The notes beneath the pieces are model-generated. The model had not been told where the DNA came from and did no database searches. It worked only from the letters and a program-made list of their open reading frames with translations. Positions 45,691-54,826 of a DNA stretch of 64,000 nucleotides are shown piece after piece. How positions within the stretch are numbered: the stretch's first letter is position 1; each line of letters starts with the position of its first letter. Source of the stretch: Candidatus Falkowbacteria bacterium (GTDB lineage: Bacteria; Patescibacteriota; Patescibacteriia; Patescibacteriales; UBA12465); the NCBI GenBank assembly GCA_016432645.1, contig CP066698.1, forward strand, positions 20,245-84,244, written 5' to 3'. The translations under genes and the position numbers were made by a program.

Positions 45691-46713
45691 TTAAACTAGT
45701 CCGTCTTTTTTCTTTTGATTTTTATCAACGATTAATGGTCGGTAGCCATTTTTATGTGCCAGTCGGAAAAAATCTTCCCAAAATTTAGCCGTCGTTAAGT
45801 GTTTATAGTTTTCCTTGATAAAACCGATTGTCTCCGGGCGGGGAATAAAAGTTTCAAAAACGCCGATTTGTTGTCTTTGGCGGCTGCGCTTTTTTTTATC
45901 TTTAAACGCCATTCTTTTTAGGGGAATCAGTTCTTGGCCGCTTATCATCTTAAGATTATCTAAAATTAATTTCAAGGACAGACCGCTCCTTAAAATTTGG
46001 TAAAGAGCCTGCAAAGAATTAATAGATTTGATGGTGACTAGCACTAAACGCCCGGTATGGGCCGCCATAATTGCCCGTTTAAGGCTTTCTTGATCATTTT
46101 CTTCAATTTCTAGAGCGATAATATCTGAGTCATGGTTTAAAATTCTGCTCCAATTTTCGGGAGTATTTTTTAAAAAATTTACTCCTTGAATATTGAATTC
46201 CTCGGCACCTAGAAAATAAATATTTTTATTTTCTTGGTTAAGATCATTTAAGATGGCCTGCAGAGTAGTGCTGCGCCCCTGTCTTTCGGGGGAACTGATA
46301 ATAATTAAGCCTGAACCGGAAAGATTGATATTATTTAATAATTCTAAATCGTTTTTTTGCCATCCCAGTTGGTTTAAGCTTAGAAATTTTTTATCTTCCT
46401 GAATAATACTGATAATTATCTTTTCCCCGAGTTTATCAGGCACGATGCTAAGTCTAAAATTTAAATCATTATTTTTATCGCGCCACTGGCAATATTTTTC
46501 GGTCGCCAGTTCTCCGGGAGCGATTTTTAACAAAGCGCGTAAGTTTTCGGCTAGGTCATTTTCTAGCTTTTTGGGTAGATTAAAAATTGCCTCTTCGCCG
46601 CCCGGAAGATGACAGTGGCAAGAATGGCCTTTTTCTGACCGGGAAATTACAATTCTTTCTGCTTTTTCCTGTTTGGCAAAATTAAATAAGCCGCTGAAAG
46701 TTTTATTTATCAT
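45691..46713 (-). CDS. PilB/GspE-family secretion-ATPase homolog with degenerate catalytic motifs (likely pseudo-ATPase)
   Basis: 340 aa. N2-domain-like FRLSIVPDKLGEKIIISII. Walker A replaced by IIISSPERQGRSTTL (compare GPTGSGKTTTL; Lys replaced by Arg, G-rich loop lost). Asp/Walker B region DIIALEIEENDQ retained. His box replaced by GRLVLVTIKSIN (compare GHLVLSTLHTN). Confidence 0.55.
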   Translation of the reverse strand: MINKTFSGLFNFAKQEKAERIVISRSEKGHSCHCHLPGGEEAIFNLPKKLENDLAENLRALLKIAPGELATEKYCQWRDKNNDLNFRLSIVPDKLGEKIIISIIQEDKKFLSLNQLGWQKNDLELLNNINLSGSGLIIISSPERQGRSTTLQAILNDLNQENKNIYFLGAEEFNIQGVNFLKNTPENWSRILNHDSDIIALEIEENDQESLKRAIMAAHTGRLVLVTIKSINSLQALYQILRSGLSLKLILDNLKMISGQELIPLKRMAFKDKKKRSRQRQQIGVFETFIPRPETIGFIKENYKHLTTAKFWEDFFRLAHKNGYRPLIVDKNQKKKDGLV

Positions 46714-46795
46714 AATGCTATTATGTTAGCATATTTTATATTATTTTAAAAATATGTTAAGCTAATAATTAAGATATAATTATCTCGTTTTTTCT

Positions 46796-47209
46796 ATGAA
46801 TTATTCTAATTTTTACGCCCGTTTTTATACTTTTTTGCAACTTTCAGGAGCGGCTTTCAAGCGTATTTTTAAATTCAATTTTGCTAAGGTTTATGCGGGG
46901 CTAATTATCTTTTTGCAGGTGCTGGCTTGGCTGCAAACTATTTCAATTTATCGCCGTTTAACTGGTGATTTTACAATTTTACATTATAATATTGATTTTG
47001 GCGTCGATTTGATTGGCCGCCCGCAATCCATTTTTTATTATCCGCTTCTTGGCTTAGGAGTAGCCCTGCTTAACATTGTTTTAACCGCTATTTTGGCTAG
47101 ACGTCGGGAAGCACGGCTAATAATTCATTTTTTAATGGGAGCGGCGCTGGCTTTTGCCGTTTTCTTGAGCTTAGCTCTTTTGGCTCTTAATTTTATAAAT
47201 TTTAGATAA
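46796..47209 (+). CDS. Hypothetical small membrane protein upstream of mraY
   Basis: 137 aa with 3-4 hydrophobic helices. First gene of the mraY-ftsW-murG-murC string. Confidence 0.4.
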   Translation: MNYSNFYARFYTFLQLSGAAFKRIFKFNFAKVYAGLIIFLQVLAWLQTISIYRRLTGDFTILHYNIDFGVDLIGRPQSIFYYPLLGLGVALLNIVLTAILARRREARLIIHFLMGAALAFAVFLSLALLALNFINFR

Positions 47210-47219
47210 AACTCCGGCT

Positions 47220-48266
47220 ATGGAATATCAAATTATCAGGATTCTATTTTTTTCAACCTTATCTTTTGTATTTGCGGTTTTAGCAACTCCGCTATTAACT
47301 CATTTTTTGTATAAATATAAATTAGGAAAGAAAATAAGAAATAGCGGTGCTACTCCAATTTTTAGCGAACTCCATGCCCATAAGGCTGGCACGCCGACTA
47401 TGGGTGGAATTTTGATTTGGGGAACCGCCTTAATTTTAATCGGCTTCTTTTATCTCTTGTCAGAATTATTCCCAGGCGGTGTTTTTCAGCAATTTAATTT
47501 TTTATCGCGGGCCGAAACCCTTCTGCCTTTAGGCGCATTAGTGGCCACTGCTATTATTGGCTTAGTTGACGATTGGCTGGATGTTAGGGATAAAGGAGTC
47601 TTCGGCGGCGGCGGCTTGAAACTGCGCCATCGTTTATTGATTTATGCGCTAATCGCTTTAATTGGTGCCCTGTGGTTTTATTTTAAACTAGATTGGACTG
47701 TAATGCATGTACCGTTTTTCGGTAATTTTGAAATTGGCGCTTGGTATATTCCGATTTTTATTTTTATTATTGTCGCCACTTCCTTTTCGGTAAATGAAAC
47801 TGACGGCCTGGATGGTTTGGCTGGTGGAACTTTATTAATCGCCTTTGCTTCTTATGGCGTGATTGCCTTTGTAATGGGACGTTATGATTTAGCGACCTTT
47901 TGCGCGGTAATTATCGGGGCACTGTTGGCTTTTTTGTGGTTTAATATTCCGCCGGCAAGATTTTATATGGGCGACACCGGTGCCATGAGCTTAGGAGTCA
48001 CTTTAGGCATTATTGCCATGTTAACCAATAACGCCTTGTTGCTTGTTTTTATCGGTTTAATCTTTTTATTAGAATCCTTGTCCGTGATTATCCAGACCTT
48101 ATCTAAACGCTTGCGCCATAAAAAAGTTTTTATATCTTCGCCAATTCATCATCATTTTCAGGCCATCGGCTGGGCTGAATCCAAGGTGGTTATGAGATTT
48201 TGGGTAATTGCCGGCTTAGGCGCTGTCATGGGACTTATTATTTTTCTTCTAGATAAGCAGATATGA
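47220..48266 (+). CDS. mraY: Phospho-N-acetylmuramoyl-pentapeptide transferase
   Basis: 348-aa polytopic protein with NETDGLDGLAGG and HHHF motifs. Confidence 0.9.
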   Translation: MEYQIIRILFFSTLSFVFAVLATPLLTHFLYKYKLGKKIRNSGATPIFSELHAHKAGTPTMGGILIWGTALILIGFFYLLSELFPGGVFQQFNFLSRAETLLPLGALVATAIIGLVDDWLDVRDKGVFGGGGLKLRHRLLIYALIALIGALWFYFKLDWTVMHVPFFGNFEIGAWYIPIFIFIIVATSFSVNETDGLDGLAGGTLLIAFASYGVIAFVMGRYDLATFCAVIIGALLAFLWFNIPPARFYMGDTGAMSLGVTLGIIAMLTNNALLLVFIGLIFLLESLSVIIQTLSKRLRHKKVFISSPIHHHFQAIGWAESKVVMRFWVIAGLGAVMGLIIFLLDKQI

Positions 48267-49414
48267 AATTGTCTGCCTTAAAAAAAAGATTTTTTTCTGC
48301 GCAATCAGGAGAACATGAACCGGACAAGAGCTTGATTGCTTCGGTTATGGTTTTATTGGTTTTTGGTCTAGTCCTTTTGTTTAGTGCCTCTTCGGTTGTT
48401 TCTTACGCTCGTTTTGGCAATACTTATTTTTATTTTCTAAATCAATTAACTGCAGTTGCTATCGGCCTAGCCGCTTTTTTTATCGTTTCTAAAATTGATT
48501 ATCGAGTTTGGCGCAAATACGCCTTTTTGTTTCTGATTTTTTCAGTCGTGCTTTTAACGCTGGTGTTTGTTCCGGGAATTAGATCGGAATACGGAACGGC
48601 CCGCAGCTGGATTAATCTTTTTGGGCACTCTTTTCAGCCGGCCGAGCTGGTAAAATTATCATTCTTGATTTATTTGGCAACTTGGCTGGAAGCCAAGAAG
48701 GGTGATTTGAATAGCTTTTCTGACGGTATTGTCCCGTTTTTGTTTATTTTAGGCATTATTAGCTTGTTAATGTTGGCCCAGCCGGATTTGGGGACTTTAT
48801 TTATAATTACTTTTACCGCGATGATGGTTTTTTTTGTCGGCGGCGGCAAGATAAAACACATTTTTTTAGTAGTGGTATTCGCCGGCTTATTGCTTTTTTT
48901 AATGTTGAGCATGAAGTCGTCTTATCAGAGCGATCGCTTTAAATGCTTGAAGGACCCTAGCTATAGCGCTCAGGATAAATGTTACCAGATTAGCCAGTCT
49001 TTAATTGCAGTTGGTTCCGGCGGCTGGTTTGGCCGCGGCTTAGGCCAAAGCCGCCAAAAGTTTATGTATTTGCCGGAGGTTTGGGGTGACTCGATTTTTT
49101 CTATCGCTTCTGAAGAAATCGGTTTTGTTTTTAGTTCGTTGTTATTATTGCTTTTTTTGTTTATTTTTTATCGCGGCCTGATGATTGCCGCCGCTGCGCC
49201 GGATTTGTATGGTCAAACTTTGGCTACCGGGATTGTGGTGTGGCTGGCAGTCCAGACTTTTTTGAATATTGGCGGCATGATTAATTTAATACCAATGACT
49301 GGCGTTCCTTTGCCCTTTGTTTCCGCTGGCGGTTCGGCCATTTTATCAGCCTTGATTGCCATGGGAATTTTAGTTAATATCAGTAAACAGACCCGCGGTC
49401 TTAAGCGTTCCTAG
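48263..49414 (+). CDS. ftsW: SEDS-family peptidoglycan polymerase FtsW/RodA
   Basis: 383 aa, 10 TM. SEDS motifs GSGGWFGRGLGQS and PEVWGDSIF. Lies between mraY and murG. Confidence 0.85.
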   Translation: MKLSALKKRFFSAQSGEHEPDKSLIASVMVLLVFGLVLLFSASSVVSYARFGNTYFYFLNQLTAVAIGLAAFFIVSKIDYRVWRKYAFLFLIFSVVLLTLVFVPGIRSEYGTARSWINLFGHSFQPAELVKLSFLIYLATWLEAKKGDLNSFSDGIVPFLFILGIISLLMLAQPDLGTLFIITFTAMMVFFVGGGKIKHIFLVVVFAGLLLFLMLSMKSSYQSDRFKCLKDPSYSAQDKCYQISQSLIAVGSGGWFGRGLGQSRQKFMYLPEVWGDSIFSIASEEIGFVFSSLLLLLFLFIFYRGLMIAAAAPDLYGQTLATGIVVWLAVQTFLNIGGMINLIPMTGVPLPFVSAGGSAILSALIAMGILVNISKQTRGLKRS

Positions 49415-49417
49415 ATT

Positions 49418-50530
49418 ATGAAGATTGATAATTCTAAAACCATTATTTTAAGCGGTGGCGGCTCCGGTGGGCCGGTAACACCTCTTTTGGCGGTTGCTAA
49501 AGAATTAGCCGCCGATAATTTTAATTTGGTTTTTGTAGGCACTAAGACTGGCCCGGAAAAATCAATGGTAGCGTCTTTTAACTTGCCGGGAAATAAAAAA
49601 TTAAAGTTTATTTCTTTGCCGGCCGGAAAATTACGCCGTTATTTTTCTCTGCATAATTTTTCTGATTTATTAAGAATATTCGCGGCTTTTATTCTTTCTT
49701 TTCCGCTTTTGCGCCGCGAGCGCCCCAGTTTGATAATTAGCGCCGGCGGATTTGTCAGCGTGCCATTGGTTTGGGCGGCCAGATTAAAAAATATCCCGAT
49801 TATTATTCATCAGCAAGATGTCCGCCCGGGATTGGCCAATAAGCTGATGGCGCCGGCGGCGCGCCTGATAACCGTTTCTTTTGAAAAATCTTTGCGCGAT
49901 TATGGGCCTAAAGCTGTTTGGATTGGCAACCCAATCGTTGCCCTGGAAAATCAGGCTGACGCGATTAAAATTATCAAAGAAAAATATCAACTCTCGGACT
50001 CCAAGCCTTTAATTTTAGTCACTGGTGGCGCTACCGGAGCCGTGGCTTTGAATGATTTGATTGTCGGCGCTAAATCAAAGATTCTGGAATTTGCGCAAAT
50101 TATCCACATCAGCGGCAAAGGGAAGCTGCCGCCGCTGCCAATTAGTTCTGAACCAGCGAGCGATTATCAGGTTTTTGAATTGCTTTCACCGGCTGATGTC
50201 CTGCAGTTAATGGCTGCCGCTGATTTAGTTATTTCGCGTTGCGGTTTGGCAACTTTGACCGAGTTATGTGAGTTAGGCAAGGTGGCCATTTTAATTCCTA
50301 TTCCTAAATCTCAGCAAGAAGATAACGCTGTTATTTTTAAACGTCTCAATGCCGCTCGCGTTTTATCGCAGTCAGAATTAAGCGCCGATGATTTGGTAGC
50401 GGAAATAAAAAATATTCTCAGCAGTTCGGAATTGCGCGCCAAATTAAGTTCCAATATTTCTAAAGTTATGAAGCGCCAGGCCTCGGAAACAATGGCCGCC
50501 TTAATTAAAGAAATTTTAGCCGCTAATTAA
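49418..50530 (+). CDS. murG: UDP-GlcNAc:lipid I N-acetylglucosaminyltransferase
   Basis: 370 aa with the N-terminal G-loop ILSGGGSGGPVTPLLAV and a GT28 C-domain. Confidence 0.85.
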   Translation: MKIDNSKTIILSGGGSGGPVTPLLAVAKELAADNFNLVFVGTKTGPEKSMVASFNLPGNKKLKFISLPAGKLRRYFSLHNFSDLLRIFAAFILSFPLLRRERPSLIISAGGFVSVPLVWAARLKNIPIIIHQQDVRPGLANKLMAPAARLITVSFEKSLRDYGPKAVWIGNPIVALENQADAIKIIKEKYQLSDSKPLILVTGGATGAVALNDLIVGAKSKILEFAQIIHISGKGKLPPLPISSEPASDYQVFELLSPADVLQLMAAADLVISRCGLATLTELCELGKVAILIPIPKSQQEDNAVIFKRLNAARVLSQSELSADDLVAEIKNILSSSELRAKLSSNISKVMKRQASETMAALIKEILAAN

Positions 50531-50537
50531 ATTTGTC

Positions 50538-51977
50538 ATGTTCAAGAAAAGCCAGACAATTTATATGATTGGTATCAAGGGCGTTGGGATGGCGACTCTC
50601 GCCCAGTTTTTAAAGGCGGGCGGCGCTTTGGTTTCCGGTTCTGATGTGGCGGAAACTTTTATGACCGACAAAATTTTGGCGCGCTTGAAAATAAAAGTCA
50701 AAACTCCATTTAGTTCAAAAAATTTACCGCTTGATGCTAGTTTAATAATTTATTCCATTGCTTATAATCCAGCAAATAATTCCGAATTGAAATTTATTAA
50801 GGATAATCCTGAATTATTTAAGAAGGCGCGCATTTTAACTTATTCTGAAGCCTTGGGTGAGTTATTTAGTTCCCATCAAGGGATTGCTGTTTGCGGCAGC
50901 CACGGCAAGACTACGGTCTCTGCTTGGCTGGGTTATGTTTTAGCTAAATCCGGAAAAAGACCTAATGTTTTTGTGGGCTCTAACGTTCCGCAGTTTAAGG
51001 GTGGAAGTTTGAGCGGTAGCGGTAAGATTTTTGTTTCTGAAGCTGATGAATATGGCGATAAGCTTCAATATTTAAATCCCTATGGCGTCGTGTTAAATAA
51101 TATTGATTATGATCACCCTGATTTTTTTAAGACCGAGGCTGATTACCTTCAAGTTTTTTCCAAATTTGTTAAACGGATTCCTGTTGCCGGATTTTTAGTG
51201 ACAAACAATTGCGACGCTTTAAGCCGGAAAATCAAAAAATATTGCCGGGCGCAGATTATAAACTATGATGTCGCCGATGATAATTACAACAACGCCACGG
51301 TTAATTATCTGGCGCATGGGCTCAGAATTAAAAATGGTTATCAATATTTTTTTGTTAATAATTTAGGAGAATTTAAAATTAGGCTTTGGGGGAAGCATAA
51401 TATTTTCAATGCGCTGGCCGTGATTGCTGCCGCCCGCGAACTAGGAGTTTCTTTGGCGGGGCTTAAGAAGTATTTATTTGATTTTCGTGGCACGGAACGC
51501 CGCGCGCAAATTCTGGGAAAATACCAAGGTGCTTTAATTATTGACGATTATGCGCATCACCCCACGGAAATAATAGCAACTTTGGAGGGAATAAGGCGCC
51601 ATTATCCAGATAAAAAATTGCGCGTTATTTTTCATCCCCATACTTTTACCAGAACTAAGGCGCTGTTTAATGATTTTGTCGCCAGTTTCGGCAGTGCGCA
51701 GGAATTAATTATTTTGGATATTTATGGTTCGGCGCGCGAGCAGCAGGGCGGCGTCTCCAGCGCGCAATTAGTCAAGGCTATTCAAAAATTCAATAAACAG
51801 CACGCAATTTCCCAGCCGGTTTCTAATCTTAAAAATATTGCGCAAACTGTTGATTATTTGTGCACCAATGTTCAGAAGGGCGATTTAATAATATTGATGG
51901 GAGCGGGCGATGTTTTTAGAGTGGGCGAAGAATTATTATGCAAAAAATCAAAACCAAAACAACTGAAAAAAAAATAA
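50538..51977 (+). CDS. murC: UDP-N-acetylmuramate--L-alanine ligase
   Basis: 479 aa. Mur ligase motifs are IYMIGIKGVGMATLAQFL, the P-loop AVCGSHGKTTV, and DDYAHHP. Confidence 0.85.
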   Translation: MFKKSQTIYMIGIKGVGMATLAQFLKAGGALVSGSDVAETFMTDKILARLKIKVKTPFSSKNLPLDASLIIYSIAYNPANNSELKFIKDNPELFKKARILTYSEALGELFSSHQGIAVCGSHGKTTVSAWLGYVLAKSGKRPNVFVGSNVPQFKGGSLSGSGKIFVSEADEYGDKLQYLNPYGVVLNNIDYDHPDFFKTEADYLQVFSKFVKRIPVAGFLVTNNCDALSRKIKKYCRAQIINYDVADDNYNNATVNYLAHGLRIKNGYQYFFVNNLGEFKIRLWGKHNIFNALAVIAAARELGVSLAGLKKYLFDFRGTERRAQILGKYQGALIIDDYAHHPTEIIATLEGIRRHYPDKKLRVIFHPHTFTRTKALFNDFVASFGSAQELIILDIYGSAREQQGGVSSAQLVKAIQKFNKQHAISQPVSNLKNIAQTVDYLCTNVQKGDLIILMGAGDVFRVGEELLCKKSKPKQLKKK

Positions 51978-51988
51978 ATTCTCAAAAA

Positions 51989-53755
51989 ATGGCAGCTCTC
52001 AGCCGCCGCCGCAGTTTTTGGTCTGATTTTTGGTTTTTACTTAAGCCTTTCCGCAAGTTCTTTATCAGAATTGTTATTATTTCATTGATTATCGGCGCTT
52101 TGGGCTTGCTAAAACCCTATCTTTTAAAAGTGGTGGTTGATAGTTTAAACAATTTTGATAAAGAGCGTATTATTTTTTTGTTGAAGCTAATTGCTCTTTA
52201 TTTGACGACCGAAGAAGTACATTCTTTTATTCATTATTTCAGTGATCGTCAGATTTTACGGATGCTCGTGGAAGTTGAGTATGCTCTAGGCATGAGAGCA
52301 CAGGAGAAATTAGTTTCTCTCAGTTTAGGATATCATGAGAAACAAAATACCGGCGCCAAGATAATTAAAATTGAAAAAGGAGTTGATAAGATTTCTGAAT
52401 TTTTAAATAATTTTTTCTGGGAGTTTTTTCCGACGCTTATTCAGCTGACCTTTACGCTCGCTGCCTTATTTTGGTCTGATTGGCGAATTGGCTCATCGTT
52501 CTTATTTTTTGCTGGTATTTTTATCGGAATTGTCTATTGGTCTAATCGCCGCATGTACCCAGTTAGAAAACAAATTTATCGCGATTATGAAACGGCGTCT
52601 GGTAAAATGGCTCAATCAATCATTAATATTAATGCCGTGCAATCGTTTGTTCAGGAAGATCGTGAGCTTAGCGAGTTCGGTAAAATTAAAAATGATTTAA
52701 GAAAAAATGAAGATAAGCAATGGGGCTGGATGATGAAAATCGGTTTGGTGCGGAATTCCATTTCTGATATCGGCCGGGCCACTGTTTTGTTGCTGGGCGT
52801 TTATTTGGTAGCGGCGGGTTCAATGAGCGTCGGTACTTTAATATTTATTTTTACTCTTAGTGAAACAGCTTATTCCTCTTTATATCGTTTAACCAGATTT
52901 TACGACAAGATGGAAGAAGGCCGCGAAGGCGTTAATCGCTTATTGCAACTATTTAATGCTCCCGATGAAATAAAAAATAAAGTTCGAGGTTTTATTCCTA
53001 AAAAAATAATCGGCGAAATCGCTTTTAAGAATGTTTCCTTCGCTTATGGCGATAATTTGCGCACCGCGGTTTCTAAGTTAAATTTTAAAATCAGTTCTGG
53101 TTCAGTGGTTGCTCTAGTGGGGCCATCCGGTGGCGGCAAAACAACAGTTGCCCGCTTAATCTATCGGCATTACGATCCGCAGTCTGGACAAGTTTTACTT
53201 GATGGCCGTGATTTGCGTTCTTATGATTTAAAAGCGTTTCGTAAGTTTTTAGCGATTGTCCCCCAAGAAGTAGAAATTTTTGATTTAACGGTCGCGGAGA
53301 ATATCGCTTATGCCAAGCCGGAGGCTACTCAACAGGAGATTCAAGCAGCTGCCAGAATTGCTAATGCCGAAGAGTTTATTCTTAAACTGGAAAAGGGCTA
53401 TGATTCTTTAGTCGGCGAACGGGGAATTAAATTGTCCGGCGGCCAGCGGCAACGCCTAGGAATCGCCAGGGCGATTTTAGCCAATCCTCGAGTTTTGATT
53501 TTTGATGAAGCAACTTCCAGTTTGGACAGTGAAAGCGAGCGTTTAATTTCCGATGCGATGAAGAAAATCAGCCGCGGACGCACCATGATTATTATCGCCC
53601 ATCGCTTGAGTACTATTAAAAATGCTGATAAAATAATTGTCTTGGAAAACGGCCAAGTTGCCGAAGAAGGAAATCATCTGGAATTAGCTAGAGTCTCCGG
53701 CGGTCTATATTCCAAACTATTAAAATTGCAAGAAGTCGGCGAATTGGAAGAATAA
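51989..53755 (+). CDS. ABC exporter, fused TMD-NBD half-transporter (MsbA-like)
   Basis: Six TM helices, then an NBD with Walker A GPSGGGKTT, signature LSGGQRQRLGIARAIL, Walker B VLIFDEATS and an H-loop IAHRLS. The alternative ATG at 51938 would overlap murC by 40 nt. Confidence 0.8.
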   Translation: MAALSRRRSFWSDFWFLLKPFRKFFIRIVIISLIIGALGLLKPYLLKVVVDSLNNFDKERIIFLLKLIALYLTTEEVHSFIHYFSDRQILRMLVEVEYALGMRAQEKLVSLSLGYHEKQNTGAKIIKIEKGVDKISEFLNNFFWEFFPTLIQLTFTLAALFWSDWRIGSSFLFFAGIFIGIVYWSNRRMYPVRKQIYRDYETASGKMAQSIININAVQSFVQEDRELSEFGKIKNDLRKNEDKQWGWMMKIGLVRNSISDIGRATVLLLGVYLVAAGSMSVGTLIFIFTLSETAYSSLYRLTRFYDKMEEGREGVNRLLQLFNAPDEIKNKVRGFIPKKIIGEIAFKNVSFAYGDNLRTAVSKLNFKISSGSVVALVGPSGGGKTTVARLIYRHYDPQSGQVLLDGRDLRSYDLKAFRKFLAIVPQEVEIFDLTVAENIAYAKPEATQQEIQAAARIANAEEFILKLEKGYDSLVGERGIKLSGGQRQRLGIARAILANPRVLIFDEATSSLDSESERLISDAMKKISRGRTMIIIAHRLSTIKNADKIIVLENGQVAEEGNHLELARVSGGLYSKLLKLQEVGELEE

Positions 53756-53776
53756 CCCCCGCTAATAAATATTTAT

Positions 53777-54796
53777 ATGTTGAAAATAGAGACTAACCAC
53801 TCGCTGGGACAATACACAACCATCAAGGTCGGCACGATTGCTGATTATTTTGCGGTGCTTAAAAGTAAAGCGGATCTCTTGGAGGCTTTAGCTTTTTCGA
53901 AAAAAAATAAACAGCCGATAACCGTTTTGGGCGGCGGCTCTAATATTTTATTTTCCCAAAGGATTAAGGGCTTAGTTTTAAAGAATGAAATTAAAGGGAT
54001 AAAAATAATCGAGAAAAATAAGACCCGCGTTCTCGTTGAGGGCTTATCCGGCGAGTCTTGGTCAAAGTTTGTTGCTTTTACGGCTGACCACAAATTTTAT
54101 GGTTTAGAAAATTTGTTTTTGATTTATGGTACGGTCGGCGCGGCCCCGGTCCAGAATATCGGCGCCTACGGCGTGGAGTTTAAAGATTCTTTCCATCATC
54201 TTTTGGCTTTTGATTTGAAAACCGGCCAGGAAAAAATATTTTCCTCGGCCGATTGCCATTTTGGTTATCGGGACAGCGTTTTTAAAAATAAATTTAAAGG
54301 GCGCTATTTTATTTATTCAGTCGTTATGTCTTTAGCGCTTAAGCCTAATTTTCAATTAGGCTACGGCTCTATTAAGGAAAAATTAGCTGAAAAGGGAATT
54401 AAGAAAATTAAAATTCGGGATATCGTCAATGTAATTGCCGAAATTAGGAACGGCAAATTGCCAAATCCTCAGAGTTTGCCTAATTCCGGTTCCTTTTTTA
54501 AGAATCCGGAAATAAGCAAGCTAAAATTTAAAAAATTGCAGCAAAAATATTCGGAAATACCTTCTTTCCCCGGCCAGGCGAATAAAGTAAAAATACCAGC
54601 CGGCTGGCTGATTGAACAATCCGGTTTTAAGGGCAAGAAATTCGGACCGGTACGGATGTATGAAAAGCAAGCACTGATTTTAGTTAATGAAGGCGGTGCC
54701 AGCGCTAAGCAAGTTTTGAGCTTAGTGAATAAAGTTAAGGCAGCGGTTAAAAAGAAGTTTGACCTTGATTTAAGTGAGGAAGTTAATATAATATAG
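53777..54796 (+). CDS. murB: UDP-N-acetylenolpyruvoylglucosamine reductase
   Basis: 339 aa with the FAD-binding N-terminus (ITVLGGGSNILF) and a MurB C-domain. Confidence 0.8.
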   Translation: MLKIETNHSLGQYTTIKVGTIADYFAVLKSKADLLEALAFSKKNKQPITVLGGGSNILFSQRIKGLVLKNEIKGIKIIEKNKTRVLVEGLSGESWSKFVAFTADHKFYGLENLFLIYGTVGAAPVQNIGAYGVEFKDSFHHLLAFDLKTGQEKIFSSADCHFGYRDSVFKNKFKGRYFIYSVVMSLALKPNFQLGYGSIKEKLAEKGIKKIKIRDIVNVIAEIRNGKLPNPQSLPNSGSFFKNPEISKLKFKKLQQKYSEIPSFPGQANKVKIPAGWLIEQSGFKGKKFGPVRMYEKQALILVNEGGASAKQVLSLVNKVKAAVKKKFDLDLSEEVNII

Positions 54797-54826
54797 TAAA
54801 GCCTAAGATAAATTAGAATTTTATAT

